Positions 9,126 to 20,971 of a stretch of DNA of 64,000 nt are shown one piece after another; position 1 is the stretch's first letter, and every line of letters begins with the position of its first letter. A model generated the notes under the pieces. It was not told the origin of the DNA and made no database searches. It saw nothing but the letters and a program-made list of their open reading frames with translations. This DNA is from Squalus acanthias (lineage: Eukaryota). The position numbers were made by a program, and so were the translations under genes. The stretch spans positions 25,174,001 through 25,238,000 of the forward strand of contig CM059432.1 of the NCBI GenBank assembly GCA_030390025.1, given 5' to 3'.

Positions 9126-11143
9126 TAACGTAACCAAGTGTAGGACTTCGAAATGTTAGCAGAATGAAAGTGATTAATTTGTACCAGGCAGAACACTCCT
9201 GAAAGTTACAAACATTTATCTCACTGAAAACGAATGTTTCGCTATGTGAATCTGAGAAGGCAGCATTGATTGACAACTAAAATTTAACCGGATGTTGATC
9301 CCTTTAAATATTGCTCCTACAGCGGCCATCCGAATGCATCACGCCTCCTCTTCCTGCCTCCAAACGCAATGACGTCCCGATCTGGCACCCGCTAAAGGCC
9401 TAGGCGCTAAATGTTAGCGCCAGCGCTAAATCCCGGGTAAATTTCTCATGCGGTGTTGGATTCGCCGCGCCCTGCCGCAAACCCATTCGCGTCCTGTTAG
9501 CGCCCACTCCCCCAGGCGCTAATGGGAGGTGCTAACATGCCAAATTTCTCCCCCAAAATTGTTAACTAGCGCCAGTTGAATATCGTTTAGGCTGCATGCC
9601 AAATTCGTCCTCACTTCTCATTAAAATGATTGCAGTCATGGTTCTCGTCTAAAAACCCAAGTTAATTGGGATTACACTGAAAAGATGGACCAATATTGGG
9701 GGCAGTCTAAACGCAACTAATGATTGCCACAAGCTTTTTTCACTACTTAAAGGGGAGTTTCATTGATGCTGCAGCACCTCATTCTCAGCATTGTAGCTGC
9801 CTCAACAACCATAAGAAGAAGGACAAGGAGAAGGAGCATTTATTTACAAATCATGATGGCAGATCACCGCCCAGGGAGAGAGCCCGGAGGTTTTCTGATG
9901 AAGCATTCGAGGCATTGGTTTTAGCGCTGGAGAGAAGGCAGGCGGTTCTATACTCGTCAATTGGCAGGCAGCCTCGCCACAAGTCAGCCGGAGTATGTGG
10001 AGGGAGGTGGCACACCACGTCACGGGCAGCACAATGGTCCCCAGGACCTACACAAAGTGCAGGAAGAAGTTTAACGAGCTCACACAAGTGGTCAGGGTGC
10101 GTGAAGGCGTCAACAAATGCTACATACCACCATCTGTACCACAAGCTTCACACACTGCTCAATGTACCACACCCCCAGCACTCACCCACCATTAATCTCT
10201 ACCTAGCAACACTCACACCCACATCTCACACCTTGCACACAATGACAGCTATTCAACTATGGCAGGCACAAGGGTCATTAGTTATTAGAATTCATGTGAT
10301 ATGTGTGATATGTTTATGCATAAATTTATTAATTGTGTTTGGAATATTTTGTGGTCTCTCTCATTTCAGCTTTGCACCCAGGAGGACGCTATGATATGGC
10401 GTGAGACAGGGATTGTATGAAGGGGATGTGGTGAGCTACGGTGATCTGGCATTTCATTCATGTGAATCGGAGTGTGATGAGCCGGTCATGGACAGCCCGT
10501 CCAGAAGGCTGATTGTCTCGCTGCTTCCACCCTCCCTCCTGTTTCTCCTCCTCCTCATCCTACTCCTCCTCGTCCTCCTTGTCCTCTTCCTCCTCATCTT
10601 CCTCCTTCTCATCCTCCTCTGCCTCGTCGTCCTCCTGAGGTAATCCCGCAATCTCGCAGCCCCCATGACTGTGAGGAAGTGCTATGAGCAGAAGCCTTTA
10701 ACAAATAACGAGTGACTTCTGCACTTGAATCAACACGCCCTGTCAACAAAAAAACTTGAAATAACTAAAGAGAGCTGTTTCAGTTGCAAGAAGTATCAAA
10801 CAGGGACTGAAACTGCAAACCCTGTCAGGTACAGCTGATTGGGGATGGTGCCTTTAAATTTCGTTTTTGCAGCCTGCTTCCTGTTGGTAGATGCCAGCTC
10901 TCCCTGTCGTTGTTCTGCGCTGCCGTTAAGGTAAGTGGCTACAACGAATTTGGGAGATTGGACGTCCAATGAGTGTTGCACACTCACTAACGTCATGATC
11001 TCCGTGATGGCGAGGTCGCCAGCGATCGAGTTTATCGGCAGCACTACCAGCAACACCGATATGGTGTGCGGCGCTGGAACCGGCATCAGCTGTCATTAGA
11101 ACTGAAAACAGCGTGTTCATGACGCTAATGTGTGGCGCAAACC

Positions 11144-12330
11144 TCATTGGCAAAAGATCTAGAGGGGAGATGAAGAGAATTTTTTTCACTCATAGAGTTG
11201 TCCGGATCTGGAATGCTCTACCTGAAATGGTGGTAGAAGCTGATTGCATAAATAATTTTCAAAGGGTGTCAGACAAATACTTGAGGATGAGCAAGTTACA
11301 AGGTTACGGACAAAAAGCGGGGGTGTGGGACTAAGCACGACTGTTCTTTCAAAGAGCCAGCACAGGCTGTGTGGTTGATACTGAAGAAGGAAGCTGTAGA
11401 CTGCAGGAAGATATCAATAAATTGGTCAGGTGGGCAGAACAGTGGCAAATGGAATTCAATCCGGAGAAGTGTGAGGTAATGCATTTGGGGAGGGCTAACA
11501 AGGAAAGGGAATACACATTAAATGGTAGGACACTGAGTAGTGTAGAGGAACAAAGGGACCTTGGAGTGCATGTCCACAGGTCCGTGAAGGTAGCAGGCCA
11601 AGTAGATAAGGTGGTTAAGAAGGCATACAGAATACTTGCCTTTATTAGCCGTGGCCTAGAATACAAGAGCAGGGGGGGTTATGCTTCAACTGTATAAAAC
11701 ACTAGTTAGGCCTCAGCTAGAGTACTGCGTGCAGTTCTGGTCACCACATTACAGGAAAGATGTGATTGCACTAGAGAGGGTACAGAGGAGATTTACAAGG
11801 ATGTTGCCAGGAGTAGAGAATCTTAGCTATGAGGAAAGACTGGATAGGCTGGGACTGTTTTCCTTGGAATAGAGGAGGCTGAGGGGAGACCTTATTGAGG
11901 TGTATAAAATTATGAGGGGCATAGATAAAGTGGATAGAAAGGACCTATTTCCCTTAGCAGAGGGGTCAAAAACCAGGGGGCACAGATTTAAAGTAATTGG
12001 GGGAAGGTTTAGAAGGGATTTGAGGGAAAATTTCTTCACCCAGAGGGTTGTGGGGGTCTGGAACTCACTGCCTGAAAGGGTGGTAGAGGCAGGAACCCTA
12101 ACCACATTTAAAAAGTACTTGGATGTGCACTTGGGATGCTGTAACCTGCAGGGCTACGGACCAAGAGCTGGGAAGTGGGATTAGGCTGGATAGCTCTTTG
12201 TTGGCCGGCGCGGACACGATGGACTGAAATGGCCTCCTTCTGTGCTGTAACTTTCAATGATTTTATGATTCTATGATGATGGGCCAAATGATTTCCTTCT
12301 GTGCTGTAACTTTCTATGATTCTATGATTC
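11144..12330 (+). mobile_element. CR1 3' end (11144-11365 + 12277-12330) with a younger 5'-truncated CR1 (~11366-12276) inserted in its 3' UTR
   Basis: CR1 ORF2 C-terminus (WAEQWQMEFNPEKCEVMHLG, RPQLEYCVQFWSP, FFTQRVVGVWNSLP) and two ATTCTATG tails. Confidence 0.9.
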
Positions 12331-12418
12331 TAAGATCTTCTTCACAAAGCTGAGTGGTGAACACAGTAAAATCCTAATAGATGCCGTTAACTGAGATAAA
12401 GAGCAATGTTTCATAAAG

Positions 12419-12585
12419 AAAAAAGAAAGAGTTGCATTTATGTAACGGCTTTCACAACCTTAGGACATCCCAAAGCGCTTTACAGCCAATTAAGTACTTT
12501 TGAAGTGTAGTCATTATTGTAATGTAGGAAACCCAGCAGCCAATTTGCGCACACAAGGTCCTGCAAACAGCAAAGTGATAATGAT
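12419..12585 (-). mobile_element. Deu-domain SINE (SacSINE1-like) 3' fragment
   Basis: Reverse complement of the tail of the copies at 20972 and 31070. Confidence 0.75.
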
Positions 12586-12869
12586 AGCCAGTGTTGTATT
12601 AACTATTAATTACAATGCTGCTTTGGTTCGCTGAAAGTTTAGCTTTATCTTTGATGACTGCTGCTGAGGATCTAAGCAGTAGGTTTGGAGAAGCATCAGA
12701 GGAAGTTCTCACATATTGATAGAGGAGATGTTCAGAGGAGAGACGATAAGAACTTGTTTTTATGGAATCTTGTGGGAGGGAGTTGGTTTCTGTGAGTTTG
12801 GTGTGAGAATCACTAATTCTAAGTTATTTTTTTCATGAATTCTGTACTATCTCCCTATTCCTCAATGAT

Positions 12870-13125
12870 GGAAATCCTTCAGGGAAAGAAACATGCCATC
12901 CTTACCCTGTCAGGGCTCTATGTGACACCAGCCCCACGCCAAAGTGGTTGACTCTTAACTGCGCTTGAAGTGGCCTAGCAAGCCACTCAGTTGTATCAAG
13001 CTGCTACAAAGTATAGCGAGAATTGGACGCCAGCGTTCAAGGAGAAGGCCCACCACCGCCTTCTCAGGGCAACTAGGGTTGGGCAATAAGTGCCAGCCTT
13101 GCCATCCCAAGAATCAAAAGAAAAT
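12870..13125 (+). mobile_element. Short bipartite derivative of the tRNA-headed LINE (5' UTR segment + 3' tail)
   Basis: Matches ~3935-4070 (GCCATCCTTACC..TCTTAACTG..GGCCTAGCAAG) followed closely by ~6795-6890 (TTCAAG..CACCACC..GGGCAATAA). Confidence 0.75.
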
Positions 13126-14227
13126 CCTGCTCCCATCTTAAATAAAACTTCTTAACTGTTTTCTGGAGTTTTCTGTTTTCTTATTTATCTTCTTACGCCT
13201 GAAATTTTCTCTTCAGTTCTCTGAGATTGGCAGAACCCCCCAGAGAAATTGCACAGGAACAGCTATTTATGTTGCTTCTCCAGGGATTGCACTGATCATC
13301 TGCCAAAGCTACAGCGAGAAATCGGGAGAACCATGCGGGACGTCTGCTCCATAATGTATGGAAGATAAATTCTCCAGCTGGTGACAGAGTTGGACGAGAG
13401 GCTTTAGAAACCCACTCCACAGAGCCGACCAGTGGCAAGAGCCTGCAACTACATTGTGCAGTTGGCATAGTAAAATTGAATGGTTGCCATAGCAATTGCG
13501 GTGGCTAAAGTGAACATTAAAAAAAAATAACCAAAAACGGTGACAACAGGAACTGCAGTTTGTGGACAAGAAGTGCATGTCCTACACAAGATTTTTAATA
13601 ATAATATAGGTATATAAAAGGACAACTCTCTTCGTGTCAGGAAATTCATAAAATATTGGATAAAATACAATTCTTACTGATATATTGCCACTGCTGACAA
13701 TAATCCCTTTAAACTTTGATAGTATAATATTGCAATCATTGCTGGTACTTTAGGGAAAAAACATACATTGTTTTTAAATCATATACTGTAAAGGTACTGT
13801 AAGGCAGCGTCATGTAAATGTTAATGACATCTAGCAGTTCTATAAATCATAACGGGTTCATTTTTAGCAGAAGTTACATGTGTTTTTTTTTGATTAATCA
13901 TCGGTTACGCAGTGCTGAAGGTAATTAAAGCCCACTTCAAATGTAACTTATAGCACATATGTTTACCACAGGAATAAAATGTAAAAAAATGGCCTACTTC
14001 AGTCAGGCTGTCCCCAAATAACTAGCTTAATTGATGTGTTTAGTTATTGCAGACCAATACACTATGGCTGGCTTTAATTCCTTGTGAAAAATAGGACTGA
14101 CTTTATTAACAAAAGTACCATCCCATTCGAAACAGTATCATGTTATAGATTCATACGCAAGTTTGACTGGATCAAGAATTTGCTCAGTAGCTCCATTTGT
14201 GTATTCTCGCTCCAAATTTTTTTCTGT

Positions 14228-14298
14228 CCAACTCTGTTTCTCTCTCCACAGATGCTGCCTGACATGCGGAGTGTTTCCAGAATTTTCTCTTTTTATTT
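14228..14298 (+). mobile_element. Penelope-like terminal repeat fragment
   Basis: AACTCTGTTTCTCTCTCCACAGATGCTGCCTGAC, same as 56217-56280. Confidence 0.65.
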
Positions 14299-16203
14299 AT
14301 GGGAGATAGAAGTAATGAGTTTGGGTTCAGAGCAGCAGCCAAAATGCAGAAACAAATGAACGCAGAGGGAATTCAGGTTACATAGGCAGAGATTGGTCGT
14401 AAACAGAGGACAGAGAGGAGACAATATCAGAGTGTCCAAAATTAAAGCCTAAGGTGTTGTGGTGGGATGAAGTTGGCCTGTAGACAGAGTGGAGTTGGCT
14501 TGCAACTTTGATCAATCAATGCCCAGGTTGGGAGGCAGGTGTGGATAGGGAGTGAACCAGGAACTGTTTGAGAGGTAGAAGATCAGTGGGCCATTGCTGG
14601 AGGTTGTCCAGTGGAAGCAGAGGGCAGAGGAGGAGTGAAGAGTCAACCGTGAGCCAGCAGAGCTTGACCCAAGGGCCCAATGGAGCAGCGTAGTGGCCTC
14701 GGGTGTTAGCAGTGTGCACCAGTGGAGCGAGGAACTGCAGGAGTGAAACCCAAGGACCAAGAGCAGTGAATTCCAGAGAGTCAGGGGAGGGTGAAAGATA
14801 AATCCATGGGATCAGCACAGATAAAATTCACAAAGGATTAAATGATCTCGACTCTGTCACGAAATGAAGTCTGAAAATGATGGAAATGATAAAAGATCAC
14901 TGGCCCAGCTATCTATTTTGCGACTGTCTCCAACAGTTCTTTAATTTAAACAATCTTGAAGTTAAACATGGTTTCTTTATTGAGATAACAGTCTTAGCCT
15001 GAGGGATTGATTTTAGTTGTACAGATGCAATATCTTAGATTGATGTGAACTAGTTTATGATTGTTCACTTGTGTTATTCTTCCCTGCCCCCCACATAAAA
15101 GAGCAAGAAGGAAAAAATTGCATGGTGTACTGTTCATAGAAGAGCCTCATTAGCAAATAGGGAGTTTGGGTTCTACCATCAATCACTGTCAGTTGCGGCC
15201 TCCAATTCACTAATGAGCATCTTTGATGCATAATAAAGATATAACTTTAGCTGCTTCCCAAACAGCCTGAAATGGGAAGATGCTAATGCATTAGAAAATA
15301 TGTGCATACTAATTAATCAGGCCTGGGATGTTTCTCCAGAAGTGCTGGGAGAGAAGAATTTGGAAAGCTTAGAAAATGACTGTTGAGGAAGCTTGATGAG
15401 GAAAGGTGATTACTTGGAATAAGCCACAAATTTGGGGGCAGCAGTCAGCCAAGAGAAATACTGGATTCATTTTTAGTTTTTAAGATATGACTAGCACAAA
15501 ACCGAGTTGGTAGGGAGCCATCTTTTCCTGTAAAATAATGTCACTGTTGCAACCAGTGCTTTTTGATTCTTCAGACACCATTTTGGAAGTAACGCAGCAT
15601 ATTAACTGCAACTAAGACAGCTAAAGCTGGTGTTATGGGGAACTAGGAAGGTGAATTTCTTTGCTGTTTTCAATGCAATGACGGCAAAAAGAACACATTT
15701 TAGCGAGAAAACTCGGGCTTACGCGATTGCAGCGCTTGTGCTCCTTTAATTTGCTTTCCACGAGTTTCCTCAATTGTTTTGGCCCTACCCGTTGATCCAT
15801 CCACTAAGACCCCTGTGGCTCATTTCCATCCACACCCCTGTCAGCCAGAGGCCATGTACGTGTGTGTGTTCACCCCATATTGGACTCTGGGTTAGTTAGA
15901 CCCAAACATGCGAGATGCAGCATCTGCCTGTGTCTTCTGATCAAAGTGGAAGTAGAGTCTGCAAACTTTACTTTCTCATTTCTGCTGTTTGGAAACTTTT
16001 TTTTAATCCATTTTCCTTTTACTTTCTTCCTACTAAGACCGGAACTTGATTCTCACTGCTTGCTACTGGTTCAGACCACCTGAAGATTTTCCAATACCCC
16101 CTCCTTGCAGTCAGAGAAACTTAGGAGTGGGTATACCTTCCCCCTGGCATTCCACTTTATGCCATTATTATTACGGAGGAGTAAGACCAGTACAGGTTGG
16201 AGG

Positions 16204-16885
16204 CAACAACAACAACAACTTGTATTTATATAGCATCTTTAACGCAGTAAAACGTCCCGAGGCGCTGCACAGGAGTATTAAAAGACAAACAATTTGACAC
16301 CAAGCCACATAAGGAGAAATTAGGGCAGGTGACCAAAAGCTTGGTCAACGAGGTAGGTTTTAAGGAGCATCTTAAAGAAGGAAAGAGAGGTAGCGAGGCG
16401 GAGAGGTTTAGGCAGGGAATTCCAGAGCTCAGGGCCTAGGCAACAGAAGGCACAGCCACCAATGGTTGAGCGATTACAATCAGGGATGCTCAAGAGGGCA
16501 GAATTAGAGGAGCGCAGATATCTCAGGGGGGTTGTGGGGCTGAAGGAGATTACAGAGATAGGAAGGGGCGAGGCCATGGAGGGATTTGAAAACAAGGATG
16601 AGAATTTTGAAATCGAAATGTTGCTTAACCGGGAGCCAATGTAGGTCAGCGAGCACAGGGGTGATGGGTGAACGGGACTTGATGCGAGTTAGGACACGGG
16701 CAGCCGAGTTTTGGATGACCTCAAGTTTACATAGGGTAGAATGTGGGAGGCCAGCCAGGAGTGCATTGGAATAGTCAAGTCTAGAGGTAACAAAGGCATG
16801 GATGAGGGTTTCAGCAGCAGATGAGCTGAGGCAAGGGCAGAGACGGGCGATGTTACAGAGGTGGAAATAGGCGTTCTTAGTTATG
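16204..16885 (-). mobile_element. L2-clade LINE 3' end
   Basis: Minus ORF ..PLRYLRSSNSALLSIP..GGCAFCCLGPELWNSLP..FKMLLKTYL; (TTG)n tail. Confidence 0.85.
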
Positions 16886-17440
16886 CTGCAAGGAGAAGCA
16901 GGCGGTTTGCCAGCAGAATGCAGCCCACCAGATATTAGCCCACTTCCCCAAGAGAATGTGTATGCATGTAGGTCCTATGAGGACCTCTCTGGGGACATCT
17001 GCATCAGAAGAGTTTGCTCCTCAAAAGCTACAATTGGACATCTCAGTGACCTGCAGCATGAAGATCACAGGCTCTCTCTGTGGCAATGAAAGTCACAACC
17101 ACTCTCAACTTTTATGGCTCAGGCTCCTTTCAGCCACCACAGGGGATTTCTGCAACATAAGCCTGGGCGCATTAGGGGCATTCATATGCCAGGTCACATG
17201 ATTAGCTTTGGTATCACAGACAGGCAGCAGAGAGAAAGGGCCACGCAGTTCTATCGGGTTGCTGGCTTCCCCAAGGTACAAAGGACCATCGATGTCCACC
17301 ATTGAAGGTGCCCACAGAGCACCCTCATCTATGTGAAGGGATTTTGCTCTATGAATGTGCAGATAGTTTGTGACACCACTCATGTCACTGGCAGGTATGC
17401 AGGAAGGTGCCATGATACCTTCATTTGACAATCCCTGATC
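16886..17440 (+). pseudogene. Highly degenerate Harbinger transposase (element probably starts ~15650)
   Basis: GSGSFQ.TTGDFCNIS, QRERATQFYRVAGFPKVQRTID, SMNVQIVCD, RYAGRCHDTFI. Confidence 0.7.
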
Positions 17441-17918
17441 AGCTGAGGAGTGAAGGCTCAACAGTACATTTGAAAGTTTGCACAGAAGATTCCTGCTGGT
17501 TCAGCTGCTTACATCGGATTTACACCAATGTTTGCATCAAGGGATATGCAATTAGGCATGCCCGGCAAACTTCTGTATATCTCCCTCTAGTGGCCCTGGC
17601 TCATGTTACAAACATCAGTGATGCAAATTACATTGAGGAAATTACAGGTCTAGGTTTTTTTAGCATCTATCCCAGAATAAAAGAAGTTAAAAGTCTCTTG
17701 ACTCTACTGAGTGAAATGGTTCTCAGTGAATTGAGCTTAGACCATCTCAACCCAATGAAATGAGATGAGGCAGTTTCAAACCTGTTCCTAATGGGCACAA
17801 GTTTGCCAGACAAATGAGCATGACTTAGCACAGCTCAAAGAAGGGGGAAGGAAGGCTCATAGAGGTAATGGAACATGTCATACTGGTACAGGGAGCTGGG
17901 GGGTCAAGGGACGTTACT

Positions 17919-18181
17919 GGGGCAATCTTAATTTTGCGTCCAGAAAAATGGGCAGCTTTAATGGGTCACTTTTCTAGTATTAGCCCATAAATTATCAGAT
18001 ATTTTGGAGTAGACGTTGCAGATCAGCAGCCCGTTATAGAAGCTGCCCGATTTTTATTTCCATTGATTTTAAATGAAATTAAATTCTGGGGTTTCTATAA
18101 CGAGCGTTTTCAATAACGATCTGCACTGTCAAAACTGCAGTGTCTGTTTTATACACAGGCAGCAAGTTGAAAATTTACCCC
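17919..18181. mobile_element. Short palindromic MITE (Harbinger-like ends)
   Basis: Ends GGGGCAATCTT.. / ..GAAAATTTACCCC; internal inverted repeat CGTTATAGAA..TTCTATAACG; flanks ACT/ATT. Confidence 0.55.
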
Positions 18182-18254
18182 ATTGAATTCAGTTTCACAA
18201 TTTGCCATGGTGAGATTTGAATTGATGTTGAGTTGCTAGTACTGAACTATAGTC

Positions 18255-20700
18255 TCCATCAATGTAGCCTCAAAACAGTTGCGGCAACAGAAACAATGTC
18301 GCAGGAAAATCAACGATGGAGCACTCAAAGACCCCGCTAAGAAAGCCCTATTCAGCCTGCGCCTCACAAACAACCTGACGACTCCCAGTGACTCAGAGAC
18401 ACAGAGTGTCCACAGCGCCTGGTCTGCACTCAAGGCCTCCATAATCAGCACCTGTGAAGAGACGCTCGGTCACTCGACCAGGAAACACCAAGACTAGTTC
18501 GACGAGAACGACCAGGAGCTAATAAGCCGCAAGCGCCAGGCATTCCTGATCTGGAAACAGCAACAGAACTCGAGAGTGAGGAAGCAGCTCAACAGACGCC
18601 TGAAGGCCAAGGTCCAACAAAATACTCGCGACCTAAAGGACAGATGGTGGGTGGAGAAAGCGCAGGAGATCCAGCAGCTAGCCGACAACCACGACGTGCG
18701 TGGATTCTTTAGCGCAGTCAAGACCACCTACGGCCCAAGCACCCAAGGTCCTACCCCACTGCGGGCCAAGAACAGAGAGGTACTCATCAAGGACAGAGAG
18801 GCAGTCAGTGCCCACTGGAAGGAGCACTTTGAAGCTCTCCTTAACCGAGACTCTGTCTTTGACGCAAGTGTCCTCAACTCCATCCCGCAGCATGCTACCC
18901 GCCACCATCTCAGCACAACCCCAGCCCGGCATGAGGTTGAAAAGGCCATCCGACAACAACAAGGCCTCAGGTGCAGATGGAATCCCTGCCGAGGCACTAA
19001 AGCATGGCGGTGAAGCACTACGGGCGCGAATTCATGAACTAATTTCTCTTATCTGGAAGGAGGAGAGCATGCCAGGGGATCTCAGAGACATCGTAATTGT
19101 GACCATCTTCAAGAAAGGTGACAAGTCCGATTGCGGTAATTACAGAGGAGATTCCCTGCTGTCAGCCACAGGGAAAGTCATCGCAAGAATCCTCCTCAAT
19201 TGCCTTCTCACAGTGGCCGAAGAGCTCCTCCCAGAGTTGCAATGCGGATTCCGCCCACTAAGGGGCACAATGGACATGATCTTCACCGCACGTCAATTAC
19301 AAGAGAAATGCAGGGAACAGCACCAACTGCTGTACATGCCCTTCTTTGATCTCACAAAGGCCTTCAACACTGTCAACCATGAGGGAATATGGAGTGGCCT
19401 CCTCAAATTCGGCTGCCTTCAAAAGTTTGTCACCATCCTCCGCCTGCTTCATGACGACATGCAAGCCGTGATCCTGACCAACAGTTCCGCCACAGACCCA
19501 ATTCACGTACGGACCGGGGTCAAGCAAGGCTGTGTCATCGCACCAACGCTCTTCTTGATCTTCCTTGCTGCAATGCTCCATCTCACCCTCAGTAAACTCC
19601 CCGCTGGAGTGGAGCCAATTTACAGAACAAACGGGAAACTGTTCAACCTCCATCGCCTCCAGTCCAGATCCAAGGTCATCCAATCCTCTGTCGTCGAACT
19701 ACAGTATGCAGACGGCGCTTGTGTCTGCGTTCACTTGGAGTTCGAACTCCAAACCATCATCAACACCTTCACCGAAGCGTACGAGAGCATGGGCCTTATA
19801 CTAAACATCCATAAGACAAAGGTCCTCTACCAATCTGCCCCCGCCACACGGTACTGGCCCCCGATTATCAAAATCCACGACAAGGCCTTGGATAACGTGA
19901 ACCACTTTCCATACCTCGGGAGCCTGCTGTCAACAAGGGCAGACGTCGATGACGAAGTCCAACACCGCCTTCAGTGTGCCAGTGCAGCCTTCGGTTGCCT
20001 GAGGAAGAGAGTGTTTGAAGACCAGGACCTCAAACCCAGTACCAAGCTCATGGTCTACAGAGCAGTGATACCCGCCCTCCTGTATGCCTCAGAGACATGG
20101 ACCATGTACAGCAGGCACCTCAAAGCACCGGAGAAGTACCACCAATGCTGCCTCCGCAAGATCCTGCAAATCCATTGGCAGGATAGACGCACCAACGTCA
20201 GTGTTCTCGCTCAGGCCAACATCCCCAGCGTCGAAGCTTTGACCACACTCGATCAGCTCCGATGGACGGGTCACATCGTTCGCATGCCCGATACGAGACT
20301 CCCAAAACAAGCGCTCTACTCGGAGCTCCGACACGGCAAGTGAGCCCCAGGTGGGTAGAGGAAATGCTTCAAGGACACCCTCAAAGCCTCCTTGAAAATG
20401 TGCAACATCCCCACTGATACCTGGGAATCCCTGGCCCAAGACCGCACAAAGTGGAGGAGAAGCATCCGGGAAGGCGCCGAACACCTCGAGTCTCTTCGCC
20501 GGGAGCAAGCGCAAGCCAAGCGCAAGCAGCGCAAGGAGCGCATGTCAACCCAAGCACCCCACCCACCCGCCCCTTCAACCACCGTCTGCCCTACCTGTGA
20601 CAGAGACTGTAGGTCCCGCATTGGACTCATCAGTCACCTGAGAACTCGTTTTTAATGTGGAAGCAAGTCATCCTCCGAGGGACTGCCGAAGAAGGAGAAG
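18255..20700 (+). mobile_element. RTE-clade LINE, 5'-truncated
   Basis: 547-aa ORF with KGDKSDCGNYRG, QCGFRP, GVKQG, LQYAD. C-terminal VCPTCDRDCRSRIGLISHLRT zinc-finger motif, (GAA)n tail, 9-bp TSD ACTATAGTC (18246-18254, 20701-20709). Confidence 0.95.
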
Positions 20701-20971
20701 ACTATAGTCAGTACAACCCTGTACCATTTAATATAAGGACAGGTCAAGCTGTTTGTTACAAAATTGTAGAACATTCTTGACATTGGAACATGTTAATGCA
20801 GACAACTATGTTAGTAATACTAGCAGATTCCCTGTGGCACTTCTCATGGACGATATGCTGTTTTATGTTAGCAGGAGTGTTCTATCATGCAACGCGCAGT
20901 GTATTATTCTGGTGCTAAAATGCGACTGTATATAATCTGGTGTGACTTTAATCTGGTGTTTCTCTCTGCTG

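Larger units (their letters stand above)
2153..9554. mobile_element. Full-length PIF/Harbinger transposon 'B' (convergent Myb-like and transposase genes) with nested LINEs
   Basis: TIRs GGGCTAGAAATTCGG / CCAAATTTCTCCCCC (12/15). 3-bp TSD AAA (2150-2152, 9555-9557). Contains both Harbinger genes. Confidence 0.9.
2104..11140 (+). mobile_element. Non-autonomous Harbinger derivative 'A' (2104-2152 + 9558-~11140), interrupted by Harbinger B
   Basis: Left TIR GGGCTAGAAATTCG at 2104. Myb exon 1 at 9853-10096 (RERARRFSDEAFEALV..MWREVA..KCRKKFNELTQVVR|GT). Minus-strand transposase remnant at ~10457-10666. Right TIR is missing. Confidence 0.8.

Noticed and set aside
10454..10666. Arg-rich protamine-like ORF on the minus strand (MGAARLRDYLRRTTRQRRMRRRK..)
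   Set aside because: It is the transposase start joined out of frame to the GAG-rich acidic tail; copy 0 has a different, in-frame junction, so the peptide is not conserved.
14400..14820. Purine-rich stretch with ORFs on the minus strand
   Set aside because: No recognisable motif, termini or second copy; cannot classify.
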